Assembly: GCA_963790305.1 (NCBI GenBank)
Contig: CAWBOC010000005.1
Span: 608,001-672,000, forward strand
Length of the DNA stretch: 64,000 nt
Direction of reading: 5' to 3'
Source: an uncultured Gemmatimonadaceae bacterium
GTDB taxonomy: Bacteria; Gemmatimonadota; Gemmatimonadetes; Gemmatimonadales; Gemmatimonadaceae
Below, piece by piece: positions 9,777 to 19,485 of the stretch (the stretch's first letter is position 1; every line of letters starts with the position of its first letter). Under the pieces are notes generated by a model. The model saw nothing but the letters and a program-made list of their open reading frames with translations, had not been told where the DNA came from and did no database searches. The position numbers and the translations under genes were made by a program.

Positions 9777-9953
9777 GACAGGCAGTCTCCGGAAAAGTGC
9801 AGAAGTGACGTGGATCACAGTGCGCGAACCGTAGCGCGCATGGCGACATCACATACGATGGAGGCCGCACGAGGGTCTCAGCGCCGATTCACGCCACGCC
9901 GGAGTCGTGACGCGGAGCACGTTTCGTCCGAGGTATCGACGTACCGGCCGAGC

Positions 9954-10583
9954 TCAGGGCGTGGAGACCTCGAAGCAGCAGCGCGGGTGCTCGCCTCGCT
10001 CACAGCATTCCTCGACCGGGGCTTCCGCGAGATGCGCGACGAGACTTCCCATGGCCCGACACACTTCAGGTCGCCCGTGTACGGCTTCGCCTAGCAAGCA
10101 CCCATAGCCCCGAAGGATGAAGCCCTCATCCCACGGCTCGACCTCGGTGAGCGCGCCGAGATCCTGGAGCAGGGCGGCGACCGCGTCGACGCGCTCGCGC
10201 AGATCGCCTTTGAAGCGCGGCCACTCCGCACCAAGTCGCTGCCCGACGGTGCGCATGAGCTCATCGAGCTCTTCCTTCGACATGCGCTCGCCGAGAACAC
10301 GGAGCAGCTGCGCGACGAATGGCACATACGCGTGCGACAGGGCGGCGTCGGCGCGAGGGACCAGCTCGTAGACCACCGCGGGCCGGGTTCCACTGCGGCG
10401 GAGGCCGCCTTCTCGGACGAGCCCATCGCGTTGCAGCGCCGTCAGATGACCGCGGACGGCGTTGTGGGTCATACCGCACTTCAGCGCGATTTCGTTTGCG
10501 GTCAACGGGGACCGGCGGAGCAGGTCGACGATGAGCCTCCGCGTTCCCTTCGGCGGACTCGGGAGCTCCGGGTGAGGCGCCAT
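9954..10583 (-). CDS. HTH regulator with Cys-rich C-terminal domain (SufR/COG2345-like)
   Basis: THNAVRGHLTALQRDGLV HTH, GTRPAVVYEL; YGC, EVC, ECC, RCCF. Confidence 0.8.
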   Translation of the reverse strand: MAPHPELPSPPKGTRRLIVDLLRRSPLTANEIALKCGMTHNAVRGHLTALQRDGLVREGGLRRSGTRPAVVYELVPRADAALSHAYVPFVAQLLRVLGERMSKEELDELMRTVGQRLGAEWPRFKGDLRERVDAVAALLQDLGALTEVEPWDEGFILRGYGCLLGEAVHGRPEVCRAMGSLVAHLAEAPVEECCERGEHPRCCFEVSTP

Positions 10584-10638
10584 CAACCCTCCAACCTCGT
10601 GCTCTGACAGGTGGGAACGGACCGGGAATAGTGTTTGC

Positions 10639-10657
10639 AGATATTTAATAAATATCT
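10639..10657. promoter_or_regulatory. Palindromic operator candidate
   Basis: AGATATTTA-A-TAAATATCT, an AT-rich 9-1-9 palindrome in the divergent intergenic region. Confidence 0.65.
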
Positions 10658-10785
10658 TCCCAATCTCGGCGCTCTCTGCTTTCGGTTGTCGGCGCGGCGT
10701 CGTGCCTGGGTGAGCCTCATGGTCACTACCGCAATACGACTGCTTCCCGCTTTTCGCTAGGGATCAGGCGTCGGAGGATCCAATC

Positions 10786-12036
10786 ATGATGAGCCCGAAC
10801 AGCACGCGTCCGTCGTTGCAACCCTCTCACCCGCGCGGCAACCGGTGGTGGCCGCTCCCGCTGGCAGTGGGCGTGGCCGCCGCCGCTCTTCTGGTGTCGT
10901 CATGCGATGATGATGGGCCGACCGGTCCGGAGCCGCTCGACCCCGCCCTCGTTGCGCAGGGGAAGACCGTCTTTCGCTTCGACACGTTCGGCGATGAGAC
11001 GTTCTGGACCGATACGCTCCGAATGCATGAGGTGATCCGCACCGGCGTCAGTCCGGCCACGGCACTCTCAGTGGGCTTGAAGGTCGACGTCGACACTCTG
11101 CCGGCACAGGTCCGGGCGGCTCTGCTGGCGGGGGACATCGATCTCGATGACCCGGCGACGACCGTGGCGCTTCTCAAGCTGGGCGCGGTCGTTGGTGTAA
11201 TCGGTCAGGTCGATGCGAGCGACAACCTCACGCGTGTCGGCATCACGTGCGCGCTGTGCCACTCCACGGTGGACAACTCCTTCGCGCCGGGCATCGGGAG
11301 GCGGCTGGACGGGTGGCCCAACCGCGACCTCAACGTAGGTGCGATCGTGGCGCTCTCTCCTGCGCTCACGACGGGCCAGAAAGCGGTCTACAACTCCTGG
11401 GGACCCGGGATGTACGACCCTCGCTTCAACCGCGATGGCCTGAACATCCCGGTGGTATTGCCGCCGGCCTTCGGGCTGCGTGAAGTGCGAAGGGAGCTGT
11501 ACACCGGCGACGATACCGTCTCCTACTGGAACGCGTACGTGGCGATCACGCAAATGCATGGGCACGGCACGTTCAGCGATCCTCGTATCGGCGTCAACGT
11601 TCAGAATCCGCCGGACATGGTGTCGGCGAAGCTCGCCGCGCTTCGTGCGTATCAGTTCAGCCTCGACAAGCCTGCGCCGGTAGCTGCGGAGTTCGACGTG
11701 GCAGCGGCGGCGCGGGGACGAACCGTTTTCGAGGGTCCCGGGCAATGTTCGAGCTGTCACGCCGGAGCGACCTTCACGGACATTAATGACGGAGATCTGC
11801 ACACCGCGGCTGAGGTCGGCCAAGACCCGGCGTACGCCCTGCGCAGCGTGACCGAGAGGTACAGGACGACACCGCTGCGAGGACTCTGGAATCCTCCGCA
11901 ATTGCGGGGGCCATACTTCCACGACGGAAGCGCCGCGACACTGGAAGCGGTCGTGGAACACTACAACGCCCGGCGCAGTCTCGGTCTCACCGCGCAGCAG
12001 AAAACCGATCTCGTGCACTTCCTGAAGTCGATCTAG
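10786..12036 (+). CDS. Di-heme c-type cytochrome lipoprotein (peroxidase-like C-terminus)
   Basis: GGAGG RBS, lipobox VSSC, CALCH and CSSCH, YRTTPLRGL, PYFHDGSAATLEAVVEHY. Confidence 0.8.
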   Translation: MMSPNSTRPSLQPSHPRGNRWWPLPLAVGVAAAALLVSSCDDDGPTGPEPLDPALVAQGKTVFRFDTFGDETFWTDTLRMHEVIRTGVSPATALSVGLKVDVDTLPAQVRAALLAGDIDLDDPATTVALLKLGAVVGVIGQVDASDNLTRVGITCALCHSTVDNSFAPGIGRRLDGWPNRDLNVGAIVALSPALTTGQKAVYNSWGPGMYDPRFNRDGLNIPVVLPPAFGLREVRRELYTGDDTVSYWNAYVAITQMHGHGTFSDPRIGVNVQNPPDMVSAKLAALRAYQFSLDKPAPVAAEFDVAAAARGRTVFEGPGQCSSCHAGATFTDINDGDLHTAAEVGQDPAYALRSVTERYRTTPLRGLWNPPQLRGPYFHDGSAATLEAVVEHYNARRSLGLTAQQKTDLVHFLKSI

Positions 12037-12181
12037 GAGGAGATCGAGACCGCGCAGCCCACGGACGACGTTCGCGGGAAATCTCCGAGCACTTGCCTGT
12101 CGACCGTCGAGTCTCGCCGCAATCTCATTGCGATCTGGATGCGCTGGTGTTGTACTCCAGGCGCTTCTTACTGGAGGTGTC

Positions 12182-13669
12182 ATGCATTATCGCATTCGCG
12201 CCGCGCTGACCGCGACGGCGCTCGTCGTCGTCGCGTGCGAGGAGACAAGCCAGCCTGCCGCAACGGCACCTGAGGTCGCACTGCACCGGCAGGGCAACTC
12301 GTCAGGCACGGAGACCGGCCCGAGCCGGGTCGGCGCACCCATCCCCGTGGCAGTAAAGCTCCTCGCCGAAGGGCTGGCGTCGCCGATCACGATTGTCTCC
12401 GCTGACGACCGCACGGGCCGGCTCTTCATTGTCGACCAGACCGGCACAATCCACATCCTCACTCGACGAGGCGTGCTCCTGCCCACGCCGTTCCTCGACG
12501 TTCGCACGCGAATGGTTCCGCTCATGCCAGGATTCGACGAGCGTGGACTCCTCGGTCTTGCCTTTCACCCTGACTATCGAAAGAACGGTCGCTTCTTCGT
12601 GTATTACAGCGCGCCGTTGCGCGCCGGGGCACCGGCCGGCTTCAACCACACCGCGCGCATCGCCGAGTATCGTGTCTCCGGCAATCCGAACGTGGCCGAT
12701 CCCGCGAGTGAGCGGGTGATCCTCGAGGTCGACAAGCCGCAATTCAACCACAATGGCGGCACGGTCGCGTTCGGAAAGGATGGGTTTCTCTACATCTCGA
12801 TCGGTGACGGCGGCGGCGCGAACAATGTCGGACTCGGCCACGTCGAGGACTGGTATGCCGACAATGGCGGCGGCAACGGCCAGGACACCGAGCAGAACCT
12901 GCTTGGCAACATCCTGCGCATCGACATCGACCGTGGCTCGCCGTACGGGATTCCGCGAAACAACCCGTTCGTCGGAAAGCGCGGGCTCGACGAGATCTAC
13001 GCGTACGGGCTGCGCAATCCGTATCGCATGTCATTCGACCTGAAGCACGGACACCGCCTCTTCGTCGGCGACGCCGGTCAGGGGCTGTGGGAGGAGGTCA
13101 GCATCATCGAGCGCGGTGGCAACTATGGATGGAACGTGCGCGAAGGCACCCACTGCTTCGACGCCGAGAACAACACGGCGTCGCCGCCCGACTGTCCGCG
13201 TGCGGAACAGGCGCCCAGCCCGCATGCCGGTACACCGTTGCGGAACCCGATCATCGAGTATGCCAATTCCGCCAACACCGCGGCGCCAGCCGAGACGCGG
13301 TTGGGCGTAACCGTCATTGGTGGTCACGTCTATCGCGGCCATCGCATCAAGAAGCTCGAAGGCCAGTACGTGTTCGGCGACTTCAGCCGCACGTTCGCCC
13401 CGCCTAACGGCTCACTGCTGAGCGCTTCGGACGAGCGGCACGGGCTGTGGACCATCCGCGAGCTCAGCATTGCCAACCGTCCGAACGGGCGGCTGGGTCA
13501 CTACGTCCTCGGCTTCGGGCAGGACGACCGCGGGGAGGTGTACGTCGGCGTGCGTGACGTGCTCGGGCCGGCTGGCACAACTGGGAAAGTGTACAAGCTG
13601 GTTCCGGTCGATGATGACGACAATGATGATGATGACGACAACTCCGGGCCGGGAGGCGGCGATAACTAG
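12182..13669 (+). CDS. PQQ-dependent sugar dehydrogenase (GSDH family) lipoprotein
   Basis: GGAGGT RBS; ERGLLGLAFHP, NHNGG, GDGG, YAYGLRNPYR, GGNYGW. Confidence 0.9.
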   Translation: MHYRIRAALTATALVVVACEETSQPAATAPEVALHRQGNSSGTETGPSRVGAPIPVAVKLLAEGLASPITIVSADDRTGRLFIVDQTGTIHILTRRGVLLPTPFLDVRTRMVPLMPGFDERGLLGLAFHPDYRKNGRFFVYYSAPLRAGAPAGFNHTARIAEYRVSGNPNVADPASERVILEVDKPQFNHNGGTVAFGKDGFLYISIGDGGGANNVGLGHVEDWYADNGGGNGQDTEQNLLGNILRIDIDRGSPYGIPRNNPFVGKRGLDEIYAYGLRNPYRMSFDLKHGHRLFVGDAGQGLWEEVSIIERGGNYGWNVREGTHCFDAENNTASPPDCPRAEQAPSPHAGTPLRNPIIEYANSANTAAPAETRLGVTVIGGHVYRGHRIKKLEGQYVFGDFSRTFAPPNGSLLSASDERHGLWTIRELSIANRPNGRLGHYVLGFGQDDRGEVYVGVRDVLGPAGTTGKVYKLVPVDDDDNDDDDDNSGPGGGDN

Positions 13670-13691
13670 GTCCTGCGCGCGGGGGCTAAAC

Positions 13692-13782
13692 GCATGACCA
13701 CAGAGGCACTGAGGCACAGAGGACGGCAATCACCAAGCCGGTGGTTGCCGTCCTCTGTGCCTCAGCGCCTCTGTGGTTATGC
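13692..13782. repeat. Hairpin element family E (CACAGAGG arms)
   Basis: GCATGACCACAGAGGCAC...CCTCTGTGGTTATGC; contains the phhA stop codon. Confidence 0.9.
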
Positions 13783-14532
13783 CGTTGCGGTCCGGCGCTG
13801 ACGTACTTCCTCAACCGCCTCGAAGAGCTGATCGAACGAATCGACGACGAACAACACGTTCTGCAGTCGGTCGATGTCGAACGATTGGCTCATCACCGCA
13901 TCGACGTCGAACGGTCGCCGATCGCAATTCGGACCGAGCGCGTTCGCCGCATCGGCGTGCGACGAGATGAGCCCGCTGCCATAGATCCGGGTGCGCCCAC
14001 GTTCGCGAATGAGGCCGAACTCCACGGTGAACCAGAACAGCCGCGCCATGGCCACCGTCTGCTCCTCGGTCTCCGCGTGTGCCGCCAGCGCGCCGAACCT
14101 CTGGAGGAAATCGCCGAACACCGGGTCTGCGTGGAGCGGAACATGGCCGAAGACATTGTGGAAGATGTCCGGCTCCGGCAAGTAGTCGAGCTGCTCTCTC
14201 GGGCGGACCTTGAGCGTGGTCGGGAAGCGACGGCGCTCGAGGCATCGAAAGAACTGCGCTGCCGGGATGAAGCCGCTCACGCCCACGGCGGCCCATCCCG
14301 TACGCGCTGCCAGGCGCACGTTTACGTCCGCGAGATCAGGAACGCGATCCGACGAGAGCCCAATGCGCTCCATTCCGGATAGAAATGCCTCGCTCCCTGT
14401 GTCGACGAGCGTGGCCATCCTCCGCTCGTAGAGCAGTCGCCACACGGCGTGCGCCTCATCGTCGTACAGATCGTAGTCCTGGGCGGTGAATGGGGGCAGC
14501 TCCGCGGCGGGCGCGTCGGATGTGTCGAGCAT
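13777..14532 (-). CDS. phhA: Phenylalanine 4-hydroxylase
   Basis: GAGGA RBS; YLPEPDIFHNVFGHVP (two Fe-binding His), FWFTVEFGL (Fe-binding Glu), YGSGLISS; single-domain bacterial length. Confidence 0.93.
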   Translation of the reverse strand: MLDTSDAPAAELPPFTAQDYDLYDDEAHAVWRLLYERRMATLVDTGSEAFLSGMERIGLSSDRVPDLADVNVRLAARTGWAAVGVSGFIPAAQFFRCLERRRFPTTLKVRPREQLDYLPEPDIFHNVFGHVPLHADPVFGDFLQRFGALAAHAETEEQTVAMARLFWFTVEFGLIRERGRTRIYGSGLISSHADAANALGPNCDRRPFDVDAVMSQSFDIDRLQNVLFVVDSFDQLFEAVEEVRQRRTATA

Positions 14533-14551
14533 GAGTTCCTCGTACTCGGAG

Positions 14552-14588
14552 AAAACAAAAAGCGGCCCGTGGAATCTCCACGGGCCGC
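14552..14588 (-). terminator. Intrinsic terminator in the phhA 5' leader (attenuator)
   Basis: GCGGCCCGTGGA-GAT-TCCACGGGCCGC followed by TTTTTGTTTT, about 20 nt before the phhA start. Confidence 0.9.
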
Positions 14589-14614
14589 GGGCGAAACTGG
14601 CTGATCGCGAGCGC

Positions 14615-14701
14615 TTACACGCGCAAACGCCTGCCACCGCGTTCCGTGGGCCGGGACGCGTAGGGATAGTAGACAGCTGCGCGCAGGAAGGAGCTCACCA
14701 T
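14615..14701 (-). CDS. Putative Tyr-rich leader peptide (28 aa)
   Basis: MVSSFLRAAVYYPYASRPTERGGRRLRV*; codons TAC TAT CCC TAC; below the ORF-track size cutoff. Confidence 0.75.
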   Translation of the reverse strand: MVSSFLRAAVYYPYASRPTERGGRRLRV

Positions 14702-14707
14702 GCCAAC

Positions 14708-14736
14708 AGGGTATACGCCGGCTGTCATGAGGTCAA
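14708..14736 (-). promoter_or_regulatory. sigma70 promoter giving a leaderless leader-peptide mRNA
   Basis: TTGACC-N17-TACCCT-N6-ATG. Confidence 0.65.
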
Positions 14737-14823
14737 GCGGAGCGGCCGCGCAGCGGTTGCGCTTGCCAGCAGGGCGAGCGCGCTCTATTGTCGCCGTCCC
14801 ATTGTCGAAGGCTGAGCCGATCC

Positions 14824-15628
<805 letters not shown>

Positions 15629-15630
<2 letters not shown>

Positions 15631-15711
15631 GTAGTCGAGGGTGTCGAGGTGATCGAGGAGGGCGACGACGTGCCCTGGATCACCTCGACGACCTCGATAC
15701 CCTCGACCTCC
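15629..15711. repeat. Hairpin element family D (nonamer GTCGAGGTG-like arms)
   Basis: Three TCGAGG units at 9-nt period followed by three CCTCGA units. Confidence 0.75.
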
Positions 15712-15763
15712 TTGTGCTTCACCTGCGCGCGCACGAACATGAGGTATCCCGCTGCGAGGCATC

Positions 15764-17623
15764 ATGCAGCCAACGGACGTCGCGGATCCGCGGTACTACC
15801 ATAAGGTCGTAGACTGCCAATGGGGCTGTCCGGCACACACCAACGTGCCGGAATACATTCGCCTCATCGCGCAGGGCCGCTACACCGAGTCGTACCTGGT
15901 CAACCGGGCGTCCAACGTCTTCCCCGGTATCCTTGGCCGCACCTGTGACCGGCCCTGCGAGCCGGCGTGCCGCCGAACCCGCGTCGATGGAAAGCCGGTC
16001 GCGATTTGTCGCTTGAAGCGCGTCGCCGCTGATTTACGCGACGATGTCAGCGACTTCCTGCCGAAGATCCCCGAGCGCAAGAACGGCAAGCGTGTCGCGC
16101 TCGTTGGCTCCGGCCCGGCATCGCTCACCGTGGCGAACGACCTCATGCCCCAGGGCTATGAGTGCGTGATCTTCGAGAAGCTCGGCCGGCCTGGCGGGCT
16201 GATGCGGACGAACATTCCGGCGTTTCGTCTCCCCGCGAGCGTGCTGGATGAGGAAGTCGCGATGATCATCGACATGGGCGTCGATCTGCGACTGAGTACG
16301 CCGGTGGCGAGCATGGGCGGGCTGCTCGCCGAGGCGTACGACGCGGTTTTCGTCGGGAGCGGCGCGCCGAAGGGGAAGGAGCTGGACATTCCCGGCCGGT
16401 GGGACACGAACCGGATCCACATCGGCATCGAGTGGCTCGAGTCCGTCCACTTCGAGCATACCACATCGATCGGTGAGCGGGTGCTCATCATCGGCGTCGG
16501 CAACACCGCGATGGACTGTTGCCGCAGCTCGCGCCGGTTAGGCGGCAGTGACATCAAGGTGATGGCGCGCCGTTCGCGTAAATACTTCAAGGCATCCGCG
16601 TGGGAGCTCGACGACGCGATCGAGGAAGGCGTTGAGATCGTGGAGAACCACGCGCCGAAGCGATTCATCGTGGAGAATGGCCGCCTCGTCGGGATGGAGT
16701 TCGAGCGGCTGCGGTGGACCGACAAGGATGGAAAGCAGCGGAGCGAGGTGATCGACACGGTCACGATCCCGTGCGACGACGTCATCCTCGCCATCGGTCA
16801 GGAGAATGCTTTCCCGTGGATCGAGCGCGACATCGGCATCACGTTCGATGATGCCGGGATGCCGGTCGTCGATCGCATGACGATGCAGTGCAGCCGGCCG
16901 GGCGTGTTCTTTGGTGGCGATGCGGCATGGGGGCCGGAAAACATCATCTGGGCGGTGGAGCACGGACACCAGGCAGCCATCTCGATCCACAATTACTGTC
17001 AGGGACTGCCGATCACCGACCGACCCGCCTACGGGATGAACCTGGTGAGCGCCAAGGTGGGCATGCATGCCTGGCGCTACAGCAACGACTACAGTCCGGC
17101 GCCGCGCGCCGCGATGTCGCACGTCGAGCTGACGCAGCGCTTTCAGAAGCTCAATGTCGAGGTCGAGCTCGGATTCAGCGCCGAGCAGACGGCGCACGAG
17201 GTAGAGCGCTGCCTGAACTGCGATATCCAGACGCACTTCACCGCGCCGTTGTGCATCGAATGCGACGCCTGCATCGACGTGTGTCCGGTGAACTGCCTGA
17301 CGATCACCACCGACGGCCCCGAGGAAGATCTGCGCACCCGGCTGTCTGCCCCGGCGCTCAATCTCCAGCAGGAGATCTACGTGTCGGCCGCCCTGCCGCA
17401 GACGCAGCGCGTGATGGTGAAGGATGAGGACGTGTGCCTCCACTGCGGCTTGTGCGCCGAGCGCTGCCCGACGGCGGCGTGGGATATGCGCGAATTCGAG
17501 CTATTGATTCCGTACGCGGGGAGGATTGCGGAAAGCGGAATGCGGAAGAACGCCACGACCGGTGGCGGAAGCATCCCGGCATCACCCATTCCGCCTTCCG
17601 CATTCAGCGTTCGCTCTCCATGA
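15764..17623 (+). CDS. GltD/SfrB-like NADPH-dependent FAD/Fe-S oxidoreductase with ferredoxin domain
   Basis: CQWGCP, CDRPCEPAC, GSGPAS, GVGNTAMD, CIECDACIDVCP, CLHCGLCAERCP. Confidence 0.9.
   Translation: MQPTDVADPRYYHKVVDCQWGCPAHTNVPEYIRLIAQGRYTESYLVNRASNVFPGILGRTCDRPCEPACRRTRVDGKPVAICRLKRVAADLRDDVSDFLPKIPERKNGKRVALVGSGPASLTVANDLMPQGYECVIFEKLGRPGGLMRTNIPAFRLPASVLDEEVAMIIDMGVDLRLSTPVASMGGLLAEAYDAVFVGSGAPKGKELDIPGRWDTNRIHIGIEWLESVHFEHTTSIGERVLIIGVGNTAMDCCRSSRRLGGSDIKVMARRSRKYFKASAWELDDAIEEGVEIVENHAPKRFIVENGRLVGMEFERLRWTDKDGKQRSEVIDTVTIPCDDVILAIGQENAFPWIERDIGITFDDAGMPVVDRMTMQCSRPGVFFGGDAAWGPENIIWAVEHGHQAAISIHNYCQGLPITDRPAYGMNLVSAKVGMHAWRYSNDYSPAPRAAMSHVELTQRFQKLNVEVELGFSAEQTAHEVERCLNCDIQTHFTAPLCIECDACIDVCPVNCLTITTDGPEEDLRTRLSAPALNLQQEIYVSAALPQTQRVMVKDEDVCLHCGLCAERCPTAAWDMREFELLIPYAGRIAESGMRKNATTGGGSIPASPIPPSAFSVRSP
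17527..17614. repeat. Family A hairpin inside a coding 3' end
   Basis: GCGGAAAGCGGAATGCGGAA ... ATTCCGCCTTCCGCATTCAGC. Confidence 0.7.
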
Positions 17624-19485
17624 CAAACGATTTCGCCTTCAAGATCGGCACGGTCAACGGCACCGGGTCAGCGAGCGCGAACGGGCTGATCATGCAGGCG
17701 ATCTTCCGGATGGGGATTCCCGTCTCGGGGAAAAACGTCTTTCCGTCGAACATTCAGGGGCTGCCGACCTGGTACGAGATCCGGGTCAACCGCGAGGGCT
17801 ACACGGCTCGCGCCCCGCATTTCGATCTCGTCGTCGCACTCAACCCTTCGACGTACCAGCGAGACGTCGCGGAGGTTCGGCAGGGCGGCTTTCTCCTGTA
17901 TGACTCGTCGTGGCCACTCGACCCAACGCTGAGGCGCGAGGACCTGTCACTGTTAGGCATCCCCTTCGGGCGGATGTGCGGCGAGGCGTTCCAGGGTGAT
18001 CGCGAGCGGCAGCTGATGCGCAACATCGCCTACGCCGGGGCGCTGGTCGCGTTCCTCAACATCGACATGGGCGTCGTCGAGGGGATGATCCGCGAGCAGT
18101 TCGGCCGAAAGCCGGCGTTGCTCGAGTCCAACTTCAAGGCGCTGCGGCTCGGGTACGACTTCGCGAAGGCGAACTTTTCCTGTCCGCTGCCCTTCTACCT
18201 CGAGCGGATGGACGCGACCGCCGACTCCATCATCATCGACGGCAACACCGCGGCGGCGCTCGGCTGCCTTTATGCGGGCGCGACCGTCGGCGCATGGTAT
18301 CCGATTACGCCGGCCACATCGCTGATGGAGGCATTCAAGGGATTGTGCGAGCGCTACCGCGTCGACCGAGCCACTGGACGCAAGCGCTTCTGCATTCTGC
18401 AAGCCGAGGACGAGCTCGCCGCAGCCGGGATGGTCGTCGGAGCAGGGTGGGCCGGTGCGCGTGCGTTCACGCCCACCGCGGGGCCGGGAATTTCGCTGAT
18501 GCAGGAGTTCATCGGGCTGGCGTACTACACGGAAATCCCCGCGGTTTTCTTCGACGTCCAGCGCGTCGGTCCGTCAACGGGTATGCCGACCCGGACCCAG
18601 CAGGGAGATCTGCTCTCGCTCGCGTACGCGTCGCATGGGGATACCAAGCATATCGTGCTCTTCCCCGCGCATCCGGAGGAGTGCTTCACCTTCGCGGTCC
18701 AGGCCTTCGACCTCGCGGAACGCTTTCAGACGCCGGTCTTCGTCGCGTCGGATCTCGACATCGGGATGAACGACTGGATGTGTCGACGCCTGACGTGGGA
18801 CGATGGCTATCGCCCCGATCGCGGAAAGGTATTGGGCGCCGAGGAACTCGAGCGGATTGGGAAATTCTCGCGCTACCTGGGGCAGAACGGAGACGCGGTT
18901 GCCGCGCGCACGCTTCCCGGGGTCGACCCGCGTGGTGCGTACTTCACGCGGGGATCCGGGCACGACATCCATGCCGGCTACACCGAGGATGCGGCGGCGT
19001 ACTCCGAGGTCCTCGCGCGGCTCGCGCGCAAGCTCGAGCAGGCGGCCGACGCCGTGCCCGCGCCGGTGATCGACCGGCACAACGGCGCCGCGACCGTCGG
19101 GATCATTACGATCGGCAGTTGTGACGCCGCGGTGCGTGAGGCGGTGGACCGGCTGAGGTCGGACGGCATGGCGATCGACTACATGCGCATTCGCGGGTTC
19201 CCGTTCGGCGGCGACGTCGTGCGTTTTCTTGGGGAGCACGATCGCTTGTTCGTCGTCGAGCAGAATCGCGATGCGCAGCTGCGATCCCTACTCGCGATAG
19301 AGACGGGCAAGGCGCGCGATGAGATGACGCCGATTCTCGATTACGGTGGCGTTCCGCTGAGCGCAGAACCGATCGCGGAAAGAGTGAGAGTCGAATACGG
19401 AATGCGGAATGCGGATCGTGAACGGAAGGCTGCAGGTCTTCATTCGCATTCCGCATTCCGTATTCCGCATTCCAGTCTCCCATGA
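17620..19485 (+). CDS. korA: 2-oxoacid:ferredoxin oxidoreductase alpha subunit
   Basis: NGTGSASAN, YPITP, QAEDELAA, GPGISLM, VQRVGPSTGMPT, VVEQN; ATGA overlaps at both ends. Confidence 0.93.
   Translation: MTNDFAFKIGTVNGTGSASANGLIMQAIFRMGIPVSGKNVFPSNIQGLPTWYEIRVNREGYTARAPHFDLVVALNPSTYQRDVAEVRQGGFLLYDSSWPLDPTLRREDLSLLGIPFGRMCGEAFQGDRERQLMRNIAYAGALVAFLNIDMGVVEGMIREQFGRKPALLESNFKALRLGYDFAKANFSCPLPFYLERMDATADSIIIDGNTAAALGCLYAGATVGAWYPITPATSLMEAFKGLCERYRVDRATGRKRFCILQAEDELAAAGMVVGAGWAGARAFTPTAGPGISLMQEFIGLAYYTEIPAVFFDVQRVGPSTGMPTRTQQGDLLSLAYASHGDTKHIVLFPAHPEECFTFAVQAFDLAERFQTPVFVASDLDIGMNDWMCRRLTWDDGYRPDRGKVLGAEELERIGKFSRYLGQNGDAVAARTLPGVDPRGAYFTRGSGHDIHAGYTEDAAAYSEVLARLARKLEQAADAVPAPVIDRHNGAATVGIITIGSCDAAVREAVDRLRSDGMAIDYMRIRGFPFGGDVVRFLGEHDRLFVVEQNRDAQLRSLLAIETGKARDEMTPILDYGGVPLSAEPIAERVRVEYGMRNADRERKAAGLHSHSAFRIPHSSLP
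19393..19473. repeat. Family A hairpin inside the korA 3' end
   Basis: GAATACGGAATGCGGAATGCGGA ... CATTCCGCATTCCGTATTCCGCATTCC. Confidence 0.85.

Noticed and set aside
13610..13640. GAT/GAC trinucleotide run
   Set aside because: It simply encodes an Asp-rich C-terminal tail.
14533..14740. T-box or metabolite riboswitch upstream of phhA
   Set aside because: No T-box consensus or recognisable aptamer; the leader-peptide model explains the layout.
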